Notes: generated by a model not told the origin, from the sequence alone. Shown: positions 26,412-36,406, counted from the first letter of the stretch. The stretch: 42,512 bases of DNA from Patescibacteria group bacterium (GCA_038078735.1 JBBTTI010000040.1:1-42512); one strand, 5' to 3'. Made by a program: numbers and translations.

Positions 26412-27632
26412 TTATTTTAGTTTTGTCAATAAATATGGAATTTTGCCGGATTTTTGGGATTTCTTTTTGCATAATTTAAAAGCTTCTCGGCTTTCTGCGA
26501 AAGTGCCGACACATTCAAAGGGTTTAGCTATCCCCTGCCCCAGCAAACCTCTCAAGGTGGGCAAAAGTTTTTTATTCTCAAAAATATCTTGGCCAAAAAT
26601 TTTCAAAAGCCGATCTTCTTTTAAATAAGGATATAGGGTCATATAAACAAATAAGCATTTTGGACAATTGCAACACCAGCGCGTCTTATTGAAAGCTCCG
26701 ACCCTCATTCCCGCATTGCAACTGGAAAAAACTGGAAAATATTTAGGATATTTTGTCAGGATTTTTGAAATTTCCAGCTCGCTATATTTTCTGGTAAAAC
26801 TAAAATATCTTAGGTCTTTAACTAAATATTTTTTGCAATAATTTTGAAAAAGTTTTTCAAATTCAGAGCTTTTCGCCCACTGGTGATTGATAATTTTACC
26901 CAGATATTTTACATTGCCCTCATCAGCGCTTTTTTCATTTGAAAAAGCGATGTTTTTATAATTAAAAATTACTGCGCAAAGCACTGATATAAAAGACAAT
27001 AAGCCGGTAAATGGCGTATGGCCGTTTAGATACCCCTCTTTATTCAATTCCAGCAATTTTTTATCAATTATCCTTCTGACGATGATTTGTTTTTTAATAC
27101 CCGAGGCTTTTACTACCTTTTGAATTTTTTCTATCGGATTTACGGTAAATAAAATAATGTCTTTTTTCAGTTTTTTAAGCCCTTCCAGGGTAATGATAGA
27201 GTCTCTGCCTCCGGCAAAGGGCACAAGATAACGGTCTGACAGCTTGAGGTCGGACCTCCGCCAAATCGGACGGAGGTCCGACCTCCTAAAATTCACGATC
27301 GTCAGAAAATCCTTTTTCCGCCAGTCGATTTTGTTCTCATAAAAAAATTGGCTCATGCCGTTTATTATTAAATTTTTCCACCAGTTAATTTGCTCTTTAT
27401 TCAGATAGCCTGCTTGGATTTCAATTATCGGCGAGCAAGTCGCTTTCCAATAACTAATCATTTCAATCAGGCCAATATGAAAAATTAAATTTTCGATTTT
27501 TTTGAAATCCGATTTCCGCAAATCAATCGTAATTTTTGGTTTAAAATAAATGTCTGGCTCAATCCTAAAAGAGAAGAAAATCTCTAAATTTCCCTTCTTA
27601 ACTTCGTAAGAATATTTTTCGTAAATAAACAT
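26412..27632 (-). CDS. murL: UDP-MurNAc-L-Ala-L-Glu epimerase
   Basis: LVP..GG.DS, NGHTPF, SNE.SA.EGN, NHQ..KS, FSSCN, WC..CPKC.F and KPFECVG, in a mur cluster. Confidence 0.82.
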   Translation of the reverse strand: MFIYEKYSYEVKKGNLEIFFSFRIEPDIYFKPKITIDLRKSDFKKIENLIFHIGLIEMISYWKATCSPIIEIQAGYLNKEQINWWKNLIINGMSQFFYENKIDWRKKDFLTIVNFRRSDLRPIWRRSDLKLSDRYLVPFAGGRDSIITLEGLKKLKKDIILFTVNPIEKIQKVVKASGIKKQIIVRRIIDKKLLELNKEGYLNGHTPFTGLLSFISVLCAVIFNYKNIAFSNEKSADEGNVKYLGKIINHQWAKSSEFEKLFQNYCKKYLVKDLRYFSFTRKYSELEISKILTKYPKYFPVFSSCNAGMRVGAFNKTRWCCNCPKCLFVYMTLYPYLKEDRLLKIFGQDIFENKKLLPTLRGLLGQGIAKPFECVGTFAESREAFKLCKKKSQKSGKIPYLLTKLK

Positions 27633-27638
27633 AATTTA

Positions 27639-28718
27639 TTAGCCGAGCAACTTAATCGCGACACCTAATACGGCTAAGACTACGCCGATGATCCAAAAAC
27701 GCATCGTTATTTGTTCGGGACGCCAACCTTTAGCTTCAAAATGATGATGAATTGGCGTTGATAGCCAGATTTTTTTATGCCGGAATTTTTTAGATAATAA
27801 TTGGATAATTACTGAACCTGTTTCCAGTATCAGCACTCCTCCGATAATCGGCAGAACTGCCACGGAATCGGTTAAAAAAGCGACAACAGCCATGGTTGAT
27901 GTCAGCCCTAAAATGCCGGTTTCCGTCATATAAAATTTAGCCGGCGGGATGTTAAACCACAAAAAAGAAAATAAAGCGCCTAAAATTGCGGCGCAAAAAA
28001 TAGCTAAATCAATTTTACCTTGAGAAAAAGCAATAATTGAAAAAGCGGCAAAAATTGAAGCAAAGACCCCGCCGGAAAGCCCATCTAAGCCATCAACTAC
28101 GCCCGATGACCAAGATGCCACCATTATCAGAACAAAAAGAGGAATCATTAAAATACCGATTGATAAATCAATGCCTTCGGGGAAATTAAATAACAAGGGA
28201 ATATGCACGCTATCCCAGCCAAGTTGAAAATAAAACCAAAAACCGCCGATAAGGCCGATTGAAATAACAATCATCAGCCGGCGTAAAAAGCCGATGCCGC
28301 CGCCGATATATTTTCCCTTTCCATAGACAGTGAAAATATCGTCGATTAATCCGACGATAGATGCCACTACTAAAGTGAATAAAGGCAGCCACGTTTCGGG
28401 GCGAGTAAGAAAATTCAAATTACTAAACCACCAAGGTTGAGCCAGTTTTGACAAAATTAAAAATATAAAAATAACGGATAATACCGATAACCAAATCACT
28501 AATCCCCCGCCGCGAGGCACCGAAACCTCTCTTTCTTTGTGCAGAGAATAAAAAACAGTGGCTTCTTCGCCGGTGATCGTTTTTCCCCTGGCAATTTTTT
28601 TCCAAAATTTAATTTTATATAAAAATTTAACTAAAAATCTGCCTAAAAAGAAAGCAACGCCGGCCGTCAAGGCCGAAATCAGCAATAAACGAATAATATT
28701 AAAAGTAAAGATTGACAT
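27639..28718 (-). CDS. mraY: Phospho-N-acetylmuramoyl-pentapeptide transferase
   Basis: P.GGG, G.IDD, DGLDGL, FLWFN..PA..YM and TPIHHHFE..GW. Confidence 0.94.
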   Translation of the reverse strand: MSIFTFNIIRLLLISALTAGVAFFLGRFLVKFLYKIKFWKKIARGKTITGEEATVFYSLHKEREVSVPRGGGLVIWLSVLSVIFIFLILSKLAQPWWFSNLNFLTRPETWLPLFTLVVASIVGLIDDIFTVYGKGKYIGGGIGFLRRLMIVISIGLIGGFWFYFQLGWDSVHIPLLFNFPEGIDLSIGILMIPLFVLIMVASWSSGVVDGLDGLSGGVFASIFAAFSIIAFSQGKIDLAIFCAAILGALFSFLWFNIPPAKFYMTETGILGLTSTMAVVAFLTDSVAVLPIIGGVLILETGSVIIQLLSKKFRHKKIWLSTPIHHHFEAKGWRPEQITMRFWIIGVVLAVLGVAIKLLG

Positions 28719-29601
28719 AATTTATCAACTTTTGAGCCTCTTGGATTCTGGCTTCCGCCGAAGGGGCGCCTAAAATTATATTTATAATTATATTTCCTTT
28801 TTCGTCAGAAAAAAGAAATATCAGACAGCCGCCGGCTTCATCAGTATAACCGGTCTTCCCGCCCAACATAGCTTGACTATCGGCTAAGATCAGGTCAGAA
28901 ACTCCATTTTTTATGAGATACATTTTTTTTCTTGAAGTGATCTCAAAAATCAATGGATGATTTTTGAGAATATATTTAGTTAAAACAGCTAAATTTTCAG
29001 CTGTGGAATAATTAAAATTATTTTGGGCGTCTTCAAGGCCGGTAGAATTAAGAAAGTTAGTTTGAGTTAGCCCCAATTCATGGGCTTTTAAATTCATTTT
29101 ATCTACAAAATTATTAACGCCCGTCAATTCAGACAAAGAATAAGCGGCATCGTTACTGGAATAAGAAAGCATTAATTCCAATAGTTTTTCAACCGTCAAC
29201 CTCTCCCCTGCTTTCAAATTACCATAATCAGGAACATTTTCCTGCTCCGCCGCCGATTTAGAGGTGATAATCAGCCGTTTCAAATCATAATTTACATCTT
29301 CTAAAACAATTATAGCTGTCATTAATTTTGTCAAAGAAGCCAAGGGCATAATCTCTGAAGTATTTTTCCTGAATAAAATTTTTTCTCTGCCATTCGGATT
29401 AATTTTAATCGAAATTGCGGAATTTACTTCAAGCCTTAGCGGCGGTTTCTGTGGAATTTTTATTTCTACAATTTGTCCGAAGGGCTCGGAAATTTGAGCA
29501 TAAAAAAAATTCTCCAGAGTATTTTGGGAAAAATTCACGCCTTGCCAAAAGGCCAAACTTAAAATAAATGTTATCAGAAAAAACTTAATATTTTTGGTCA
29601 T
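28699..29601 (-). CDS. D-alanyl-D-alanine carboxypeptidase (S11, DacA-like)
   Basis: ASLTKLMT (SxxK), SSND (SxN), F.N.TGL and GKTGYT..AG.C. Confidence 0.9.
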   Translation of the reverse strand: MTKNIKFFLITFILSLAFWQGVNFSQNTLENFFYAQISEPFGQIVEIKIPQKPPLRLEVNSAISIKINPNGREKILFRKNTSEIMPLASLTKLMTAIIVLEDVNYDLKRLIITSKSAAEQENVPDYGNLKAGERLTVEKLLELMLSYSSNDAAYSLSELTGVNNFVDKMNLKAHELGLTQTNFLNSTGLEDAQNNFNYSTAENLAVLTKYILKNHPLIFEITSRKKMYLIKNGVSDLILADSQAMLGGKTGYTDEAGGCLIFLFSDEKGNIIINIILGAPSAEARIQEAQKLINYVNLYF

Positions 29602-30917
29602 CTCTTTATTTTCTTTTTCGGCTGCAAAAGCGACAATCTTTGATCAACTCTTTCCATATCTCTTGGGAATAAGCTGGCTTCCCGTACATTTTCCAATCCA
29701 AGAATTTGTTTTACAATTCTTTCTGCTCCAAAAGCAAACCCACCCTCCGGCGGCATTCCATATTTAAACGTTTGCAAATAAAATTCAAAATCTTCCGGCT
29801 TGTTCCCCCATTTTTTAATATTGGATACCAATTTTCCGTAATCATTAATTCTCTGACCTCCTGTTGTTATTTCTAGTCCGCGGCACAAAAGGTCAAAACT
29901 CAAAGTGTAATCTTCGTCTGCTGGATCGGTAAAGGTGTAAAAAGGCCGTTTTTTAGTCGGATAATGAGTTATAAAAATCAACTCAGAACCGTATTTTTCT
30001 TTAGCAAAATTACATATCTCTTTTTCATCTTCCGGCTCTAGATCTATCTCTTTTCTGTTGTCGCGTTTCGTTCTTTCAAAAATAATTTGTTGAGCTTCTC
30101 TCATTTTTATCCTTGGTATTTTATCGCTAATTTGCGGAATGCTGGTTTTAAATTTTATTTGCAGGTCGGAAAAAATATTTTTAATAATTATTTCGCAAGT
30201 ATCCATTAAATCTTCCCATGAATTGATAAAACCCATTTCTGCGTCTAAACTGATGTATTCAGAAAGATGACGAGTGGTCATACTGGGTTCAGCCCTAAAA
30301 ATATTCGTAACAGTGAATACCTTTTCAAAAGCGCCGACTAAAATTTGTTTATATAGTTGCGGGCTTTGAGCCAAGTAAGCGTTATAATCATAATAATTGA
30401 TATGAAAGACCTCCGCTCCCCCTTCGGCGTTGGTTGGCGTAATAATGGGTGATTGAAATTCGTAAAATCCTAAATCTTCCAGCGTTTTTCTAAAACTTCT
30501 TATTATCTGTTCTTTAATTTTAAAAATATCGTTGATTTTTTCATTCCTCAAGGTTAAAGGCCGATAATCTAAAAGCGTCGGCAATGTTACCTTTAAATCT
30601 CTTAAGTCAAAGGGCAATGTTTCAGCTTTGGCTAAAATTTTTATATTCTCGGCGCTTAATTCCACTTTGCCGGTTTCAATTTCCGGATTTATCATTTTAG
30701 CCGGCCTTTCTTGGACAACCCCCTCAATTTCCAATACCCACTCTTCATTTATCTCTTTAACCAAATCCGGAACGCAAACAATTTGCAAAATTCCCGTTCT
30801 GTCCCGCAAATCCAAAAAAACTATTTTGCCGTGATCCCTTCGGGAATTCACCCAACCCGAAACCTTAACTTTTTGGCCGATATATTTAATTGTCTCACTA
30901 ATTAAAATCCTCTCCAT
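29598..30917 (-). CDS. aspS: Aspartate--tRNA ligase, short archaeal-type (likely non-discriminating)
   Basis: OB fold GWV..RRDHG..F.DLRD, AQSPQLYKQ, FRAE, EITTGGQR and YGMPP.GG...G.ER. 439 aa, without the bacterial GAD insertion. Confidence 0.88.
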   Translation of the reverse strand: MERILISETIKYIGQKVKVSGWVNSRRDHGKIVFLDLRDRTGILQIVCVPDLVKEINEEWVLEIEGVVQERPAKMINPEIETGKVELSAENIKILAKAETLPFDLRDLKVTLPTLLDYRPLTLRNEKINDIFKIKEQIIRSFRKTLEDLGFYEFQSPIITPTNAEGGAEVFHINYYDYNAYLAQSPQLYKQILVGAFEKVFTVTNIFRAEPSMTTRHLSEYISLDAEMGFINSWEDLMDTCEIIIKNIFSDLQIKFKTSIPQISDKIPRIKMREAQQIIFERTKRDNRKEIDLEPEDEKEICNFAKEKYGSELIFITHYPTKKRPFYTFTDPADEDYTLSFDLLCRGLEITTGGQRINDYGKLVSNIKKWGNKPEDFEFYLQTFKYGMPPEGGFAFGAERIVKQILGLENVREASLFPRDMERVDQRLSLLQPKKKIKR

Positions 30918-30926
30918 ATATATCTT

Positions 30927-32537
30927 TTACCTTACTGGCAATTTAATATAAAATACACTCCCCTTCCCCCTACCTTTGCTTTCTGCCCAGATTTTACCAT
31001 TATGCATTTCAATAAATTTTTTAGCAATATAAAGACCTAAACCTGCGCCTTCGGCTGAAAGTTTACGGCCAGCCGACCCCCGGGTGAAGCTTCTAAATAC
31101 TTTAGATATTTCTTCTCTTGTCATCCCTTCGCCGGTATCAGACACGGCAATTTCTAATTTCAAATTTTCCCTGCCTGCCGGCAAGGCAGGAATTTCCAAT
31201 TTTATAGTTATTCCGCCATTACTGGTGTATTTTATAGCATTATCAATTAAATTCAATATCACTTGTCTCATCTTGTCTCCATCAATTAAAATTTTAGGCA
31301 AGGCGGTTTTTGGTTTTTCAAATTTCAAATAAAGGCCCTTTTCTTTAACAATATTTTTCAGTTCATCAACCACGCTGGCAATTATATCTTCAACCGAAAT
31401 ATTTTCCATTTTAATTTCCATCCTTCCCGCTTCAATCCGGGAAATGCTCAATAAATCATTTACCAGTTTTATTAATCTTTCATTGGAAAGACCCATATTT
31501 GTAACTGCTTTGATAATACTTTCAGGAATTTCTCCGTAGGTCTTATCTAAAATCATTGAAATGTAGCCCTTAATCGCCGTTAACGGCGCTCTTAACTGGT
31601 GCGAAGCAATAGAAATAAACTCCGACTTGGCATTATCTAATTTTTTTAATTCAGCGTAAGCCCCTTTTAGTTCATCAGTTAGTTCCTCCATTTCCTGCCG
31701 CCTTCTTATCTCATTTATCACACTTTTAATCAGCAGGTAGCCGAAAATAATAAAAGCGAATAAAAGCGACCCTTTCCAAATATATTCAAACGACGATTGA
31801 GAGGTAAAAATATTAATAAAGAGCAGAATTATTATAATTCCAACGAGCAATTCCGTAAGAACAATTTTTATGTTAAATAATTTTTTTCTAACGATAGCAT
31901 AGGCAATCATTCCTATATATATCGCCACAGACCAATTACCGGCTGGTGGGACAGGAATGTTATACCACAAAAAATAATTTGTTGAACCGCCCAGAAAAGC
32001 AATAAAAGTTCCCCAAAAGACATAGAGAATCTGGTCTTTGAGTATGCCGGTTGCTTTTTTGGAAGCAGAAAGAAGCAAATACCAACTATAAAACGTATAT
32101 AAGAAAAATATTAAAAGGAATATATGAAAAACAATACCCGGTTCCGGCCAAAAAGGAAAAAAAAGTTTTGGAGAAGTACTCTTGATAAAATACGGTGTAA
32201 AAAAATTAAAAAAAAGGAAAATAAACGCAGAAATATAACCGAACCAAAGAAACGATTTTATCTTTTTAGTTAAATCTAATAATGAAGCTATAAAATGGAA
32301 ATAAAAAATTGGCACAAAAACTGCTCCGGCCATAAGCATCCGGAGCCAAAAAAGAGCAGCATTTTGTTCAGGTGCTAAATGCCAAAAAAAATATCCGGTA
32401 CTCCAAAAAGCAACGCTGAACGCGAATAACCCAAAGTATTTGTTGGTATTAGATCTGCGATTCTGAAAATATACAAAAGTTCCAAGAATAATACTTGTTA
32501 CGGTATTGACAATAGAAGAAATTAAATAAAATAACAT
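30927..32537 (-). CDS. Sensor histidine kinase with multi-TM (HisKA_7TM-like) N-terminus
   Basis: Hydrophobic N-terminal half, ASHQLRAPL (H-box), NLIDNAIKY, DTG.G and G.GLGL. Confidence 0.93.
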   Translation of the reverse strand: MLFYLISSIVNTVTSIILGTFVYFQNRRSNTNKYFGLFAFSVAFWSTGYFFWHLAPEQNAALFWLRMLMAGAVFVPIFYFHFIASLLDLTKKIKSFLWFGYISAFIFLFFNFFTPYFIKSTSPKLFFPFWPEPGIVFHIFLLIFFLYTFYSWYLLLSASKKATGILKDQILYVFWGTFIAFLGGSTNYFLWYNIPVPPAGNWSVAIYIGMIAYAIVRKKLFNIKIVLTELLVGIIIILLFINIFTSQSSFEYIWKGSLLFAFIIFGYLLIKSVINEIRRRQEMEELTDELKGAYAELKKLDNAKSEFISIASHQLRAPLTAIKGYISMILDKTYGEIPESIIKAVTNMGLSNERLIKLVNDLLSISRIEAGRMEIKMENISVEDIIASVVDELKNIVKEKGLYLKFEKPKTALPKILIDGDKMRQVILNLIDNAIKYTSNGGITIKLEIPALPAGRENLKLEIAVSDTGEGMTREEISKVFRSFTRGSAGRKLSAEGAGLGLYIAKKFIEMHNGKIWAESKGRGKGSVFYIKLPVR

Positions 32538-32573
32538 AAAAATAAATAAAAAGCCTCAACAAAGATTAGTATA

Positions 32574-33536
32574 TTATACCATCTCGGTTGAGGCCTTACA
32601 ACTTGTGGCTAAAGCTATGTGAAAGATAGAATGAGGTTCTGAAATTATCCGACAGTCTTCAAACCCCCCAGCACGAACGAGACCTTCTAAGTGTTTAGGT
32701 CTTCTGTGCTTCATTCTCCAATCAATTACGTGGTATAGAAACCAACGCTCAGGGTTGTTGCCGATACTGTTAGTTAAAAAAATCCCTCCTGGCCGAAGGA
32801 CAGAATACACGGATTCTATAAGTCTTACGGCCGTTCTGTCGGAAACATATTCCAGAAATCCAACCATTTCCACGGCATCAAAAGGCAAGTGGCCGTTAAG
32901 GGTTTTTTTGAGACGGAATAAATCTCTTATATTTCCCTGAATAGTGGTGACCTGTTCCTCTACTCCGTACTTTTGCGCTAATTCTTTGCTGTGAATTAAT
33001 GCTTCCTGATTATTATCAACAAGTACTGCCCGGACTTTTATACCCCTTTCTTTAAGAAAGGCAAGGGTTTCTATTATGCCTTGAGCTGATCCGCTTGCTA
33101 ATGAAAGAATGCTACCTCCCTGCCCACAAGTATTAAATTTTTGCGCTAAAAGGTACTTGATAAGAAGCAATCTGTTTCGGACAGCTTGGGCATTCATCAT
33201 ACCTATCCAGAAATCGCTAACCCACCCTTCAATGCCTTGAATACTTCCAAAATGATGATTATAAACAACATCAAGTCCCTTCCAGTTAGTTGCCTCATCT
33301 TTAATTTTCCGGCACGATCGGCTGGCGCCGTCAAATAAATATGTATTAGTCTTCAACTTTCGGCCAAATAATCCCAGCAACATTTTTTTTGCTACTACCC
33401 AAATAATAAGTAGCCACATTACTGGAAGGCTAAGGAGATACGGCCATTTTATTTTTTCATATGTAGGCTCGGGAATTTCTAAAACCAAAGGAGGATTTAT
33501 TTCTCCAGTGGTCTCTCGTCTTAATGTGTCAACCAT
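32574..33536 (-). CDS. Class I SAM-dependent methyltransferase
   Basis: ILSLASGSA, LVD, FD.V..VG..EY and VLRPGG. AGGAGG RBS. Confidence 0.85.
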   Translation of the reverse strand: MVDTLRRETTGEINPPLVLEIPEPTYEKIKWPYLLSLPVMWLLIIWVVAKKMLLGLFGRKLKTNTYLFDGASRSCRKIKDEATNWKGLDVVYNHHFGSIQGIEGWVSDFWIGMMNAQAVRNRLLLIKYLLAQKFNTCGQGGSILSLASGSAQGIIETLAFLKERGIKVRAVLVDNNQEALIHSKELAQKYGVEEQVTTIQGNIRDLFRLKKTLNGHLPFDAVEMVGFLEYVSDRTAVRLIESVYSVLRPGGIFLTNSIGNNPERWFLYHVIDWRMKHRRPKHLEGLVRAGGFEDCRIISEPHSIFHIALATSCKASTEMV

Positions 33537-33643
33537 TGTATAATCCTCCTTTCTATTCAGTATTTTTGGGGTATTCAGTTTAAGCCGGAAAAATTCCGGT
33601 GACTAATTTAAGTATTCCAAAAAATAAACAATCTGTCAAATAA

Positions 33644-33684
33644 TAGTGTGCGACACTGTAGTGTGCGACACTGAGTGTCGCACA
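33644..33684. repeat. Tandem 15-mer plus palindrome
   Basis: TAGTGTGCGACACTG twice, and TGTGCGACACT-G-AGTGTCGCACA (33662-33684). Confidence 0.75.
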
Positions 33685-33839
33685 TCTCACATATGCCCTC
33701 AGATTACCTAGAAAAGTGCAATATGTCTGTATACATTACCTCGAGTACTTGACAAGGGGCTTTAGTGGTGGCAGAGTTAAAACAGATTAGAATCACAATT
33801 AAATATAGGAATAGAAAAAATTCTAAAAAGGAGGACTAA

Positions 33840-34805
33840 ATGGACAATAGAATACATCCACTAGTGACCGTCTATGGTATGGAAAATAACAATGGGGTGG
33901 AGTTCCTGTTTCCTGGGCGCACCGTCACGATTGAAGGCGGGAAAGAAACGCTTCTTTTCCTTCTCCGACAGTGCACCGGGTATCGCACCGCAGAAGAGAT
34001 TGCGTCTGCGGTCTGTGAACAGACCGGACACAACAAGGAAGAAGTATGGGAAGTAATGGAAGAGTTACTGGCGCGCCATATTTTGGTGGACGCCAATCGC
34101 TACTATCTCCTTTTTCATATGGCTTCAGAAAACCCTATGCCTTTCTTGAGGGAGCTTTCCGAGGAAGACACAACAAGGATGTTGAGGGAAGGAGAAAGTC
34201 CTTTGGTTCCGTTTCCCTCTTCACGCTACACTGCCCTAGAACAACTACTTGAAAAACGCGAATCGGTTCGGCAGTTCAGTGGCGAGCCACTTTCGTTCGA
34301 CGAACTTAGCCGTCTTGCATGGGCCGTGTATGGAAGGATAAAAAGAAGCGAAAAATTCCCAGAGAGTTCCATAGGACTTGGTACTGTTCCTTCCGGTGGA
34401 GCAATGTATCCGCTCCGACTTTTCGTCTTAGATAGGAAAGGTCCCTCAGGCTGGATGGTTTATATTGGATATCCTAAGGGACTTCAAGTAAGGAGCCTTG
34501 TTTCAAAACAACAAGCTATTCATGCCCTTGGGGAAGATTCTATTCTGGAAGGTGCGGCGGCGGTGTACATACTTACCTGCGATTTCCAGCGGATAATCCA
34601 GAAATATGGGAATCGAGGGTACCGTTTCGCTCTGCTCGAAGCAGGGCACGCCGCCCAAAACGCATATCTTTGGTGTGCAGAACAAAATCTTGGAGTGGTG
34701 GAAGTAGGGGGTTTTTTAGACGAGGAACTCGCCAACCTTCTTTTGCTTTCCTACCCAAGGCAGGCTCCGCTTACTGCACTTATAATCGGAAGGAGGAAAT
34801 CGTAG
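33840..34805 (+). CDS. SagB/ThcOx-family FMN-dependent azoline dehydrogenase with N-terminal RRE-like domain
   Basis: RESVRQF, PSGGAMYP, KYG.RGYRFALLEAGH.AQN and GGF.D. N-terminal LL..CTG.RT.EEI...L......L winged-helix pattern. Confidence 0.9.
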   Translation: MDNRIHPLVTVYGMENNNGVEFLFPGRTVTIEGGKETLLFLLRQCTGYRTAEEIASAVCEQTGHNKEEVWEVMEELLARHILVDANRYYLLFHMASENPMPFLRELSEEDTTRMLREGESPLVPFPSSRYTALEQLLEKRESVRQFSGEPLSFDELSRLAWAVYGRIKRSEKFPESSIGLGTVPSGGAMYPLRLFVLDRKGPSGWMVYIGYPKGLQVRSLVSKQQAIHALGEDSILEGAAAVYILTCDFQRIIQKYGNRGYRFALLEAGHAAQNAYLWCAEQNLGVVEVGGFLDEELANLLLLSYPRQAPLTALIIGRRKS

Positions 34806-36322
34806 TGAGAATACAACTCAACGAAAACTGGAGGGTGAGGCCGACACAAGACGGTCTTGAATTAATGGCTCCAGAACATAATATTACACTAGAGTTGTCT
34901 GATCTTGTATTTCGGGATGAGATAGAGGCTGTTCTTGTTGGAAATGCAGAAATTCCCGTGGATAACAAGGTTATAGAAGAAACTCTACAGCTATTGAAGA
35001 ACATAGGAGCGATCTCTGCACAAGAGGGGTTTACTCGCCAAAACCCATCATCAACCAAAAGAGAAGAAGCGGCATGGAGAATTCGAAGGGATTTTGTGGG
35101 ACCACGCGGCCCAATTATGAGCGTGTACTGGCTTAATCCTAGCCAGTCCAAACTATCTCTCTCTCGGACTCACTTATTCACGGCAAAATACCGTGAGAGG
35201 ACAGGACATGGCGAAGAGATGCGGGAAGCATGGGCTTCAGGCAGTGACGCTGATTGGGGACAAGCCGAGTTTAAGGCAATTATGGAGGCATTGGAGCGCC
35301 ACGCATGCGGAATTATCCCACAAGAACAACTCGTAAGGAGCACTGCTCGTAAGCTTAAAAATCAAGCTCTCGATCCTCGGAGGATAGTAGTTTATACAAA
35401 AGCACAGTATAAGAATAATCTACCTTTCGTCCCGTTTTCCAAAGATCGGGAATACTGGTGGAAATCAGTAAAGGTATCACCAGAAGGCTATGAAAAGTAT
35501 GTGCCCATAGAATGTCTTTACTACCCTGCAGGGCACGAACTCTCACATAACCTTTATACTGCAGCGAACTCATCTGGGGTGGCGGCAGGACTGACTTTTG
35601 AAGATGCACTTCTGAGGGGAATCTATGAAGCAATTGAACGGGACGCATTCATGATTACATGGTTAATTCGCGCAAGCATGCCACTTATCGACCAACGGAC
35701 AATTTCAGAAGAATGTCGGGAGCGGGTGTATTCCCTAGAGTCACTCGGATACCGTATGTACTTTGTGGATATTACTCTTGAACTCGCCCCCGTAGTGCTC
35801 GCAGTCGGAGTGAGCGAGAAAGTGAGGCCATCCTTGGTCATCGGTGCCGCTTCGAATCCTGATATAGAAAAGGCTGTTGAAAAATCCCTGAGCGAAGTCG
35901 AGCACCAACTCTACTGGGAATGGAGGGACCCAGAAAACATACATAGCATTTCCGACCCAACAGAGGTAAACAAGATCCCTGATCACACAGCCCTCTATGC
36001 CTCTTCCGAGCACCTCTCAAAAGCTGTGTTCCTCTGGGGTGGAGAGACACGGCCCATGAACAAGTCAAACTTCGGCATCCAAGATACGTCGGCGGTCATG
36101 GAGAAACTCAAACAACACGGGTTCCAAACCGCGGTACTCGACCTTACCCCGGAATACCTGAAAAAGACAGGGGTGTATGTAGTACGAGTCATTCCTCTCG
36201 GGCTTATTCCCATTTCGTTTGGATATGGGATGGAACCGCTAGGGATGGCACGGTATACGCAAATGGCTAAACGGGGCAATCCTTGGCCAGGACCAGTACC
36301 TTTTCCACATCCATTCTCATAG
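34805..36322 (+). CDS. YcaO-family cyclodehydratase (azoline-forming type)
   Basis: EALER, NSSGVAAG, EAIERDA and a Pro-rich C-terminus PWPGPVPFPHPFS. GTG 34805 overlaps the upstream TAG and follows AGGAGG. Confidence 0.92.
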   Translation: MRIQLNENWRVRPTQDGLELMAPEHNITLELSDLVFRDEIEAVLVGNAEIPVDNKVIEETLQLLKNIGAISAQEGFTRQNPSSTKREEAAWRIRRDFVGPRGPIMSVYWLNPSQSKLSLSRTHLFTAKYRERTGHGEEMREAWASGSDADWGQAEFKAIMEALERHACGIIPQEQLVRSTARKLKNQALDPRRIVVYTKAQYKNNLPFVPFSKDREYWWKSVKVSPEGYEKYVPIECLYYPAGHELSHNLYTAANSSGVAAGLTFEDALLRGIYEAIERDAFMITWLIRASMPLIDQRTISEECRERVYSLESLGYRMYFVDITLELAPVVLAVGVSEKVRPSLVIGAASNPDIEKAVEKSLSEVEHQLYWEWRDPENIHSISDPTEVNKIPDHTALYASSEHLSKAVFLWGGETRPMNKSNFGIQDTSAVMEKLKQHGFQTAVLDLTPEYLKKTGVYVVRVIPLGLIPISFGYGMEPLGMARYTQMAKRGNPWPGPVPFPHPFS

Positions 36323-36346
36323 TACTTCGTTAGGGCCACCTTTTTC

Positions 36347-36375
36347 TTGACAATTTCACCTGAATTTACTACGAT
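36347..36375 (+). promoter_or_regulatory. Sigma70-like promoter of candidate precursor
   Basis: TTGACA-17 nt-TACGAT. Confidence 0.7.
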
Positions 36376-36406
36376 AAAAATATCTTGAAAGAAAGGAGGT
36401 GATAAT

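Noticed and set aside
25999-26628. 209-aa plus-strand ORF and the other short antisense ORFs in the track
   Set aside because: They overlap better-supported genes on the opposite strand and lack an RBS or motifs.
29598-30917. Archaeal-type AspRS as a novelty
   Set aside because: Short non-discriminating AspRS is already known in various bacteria.
34670-34804. ORF-track N-terminal extension of YcaO
   Set aside because: It overlaps sagB by 136 bp. GTG 34805 has an AGGAGG RBS and stop/start coupling. Similar upstream extensions at 858, 3673, 7290, 21560 and 25033 were also trimmed.
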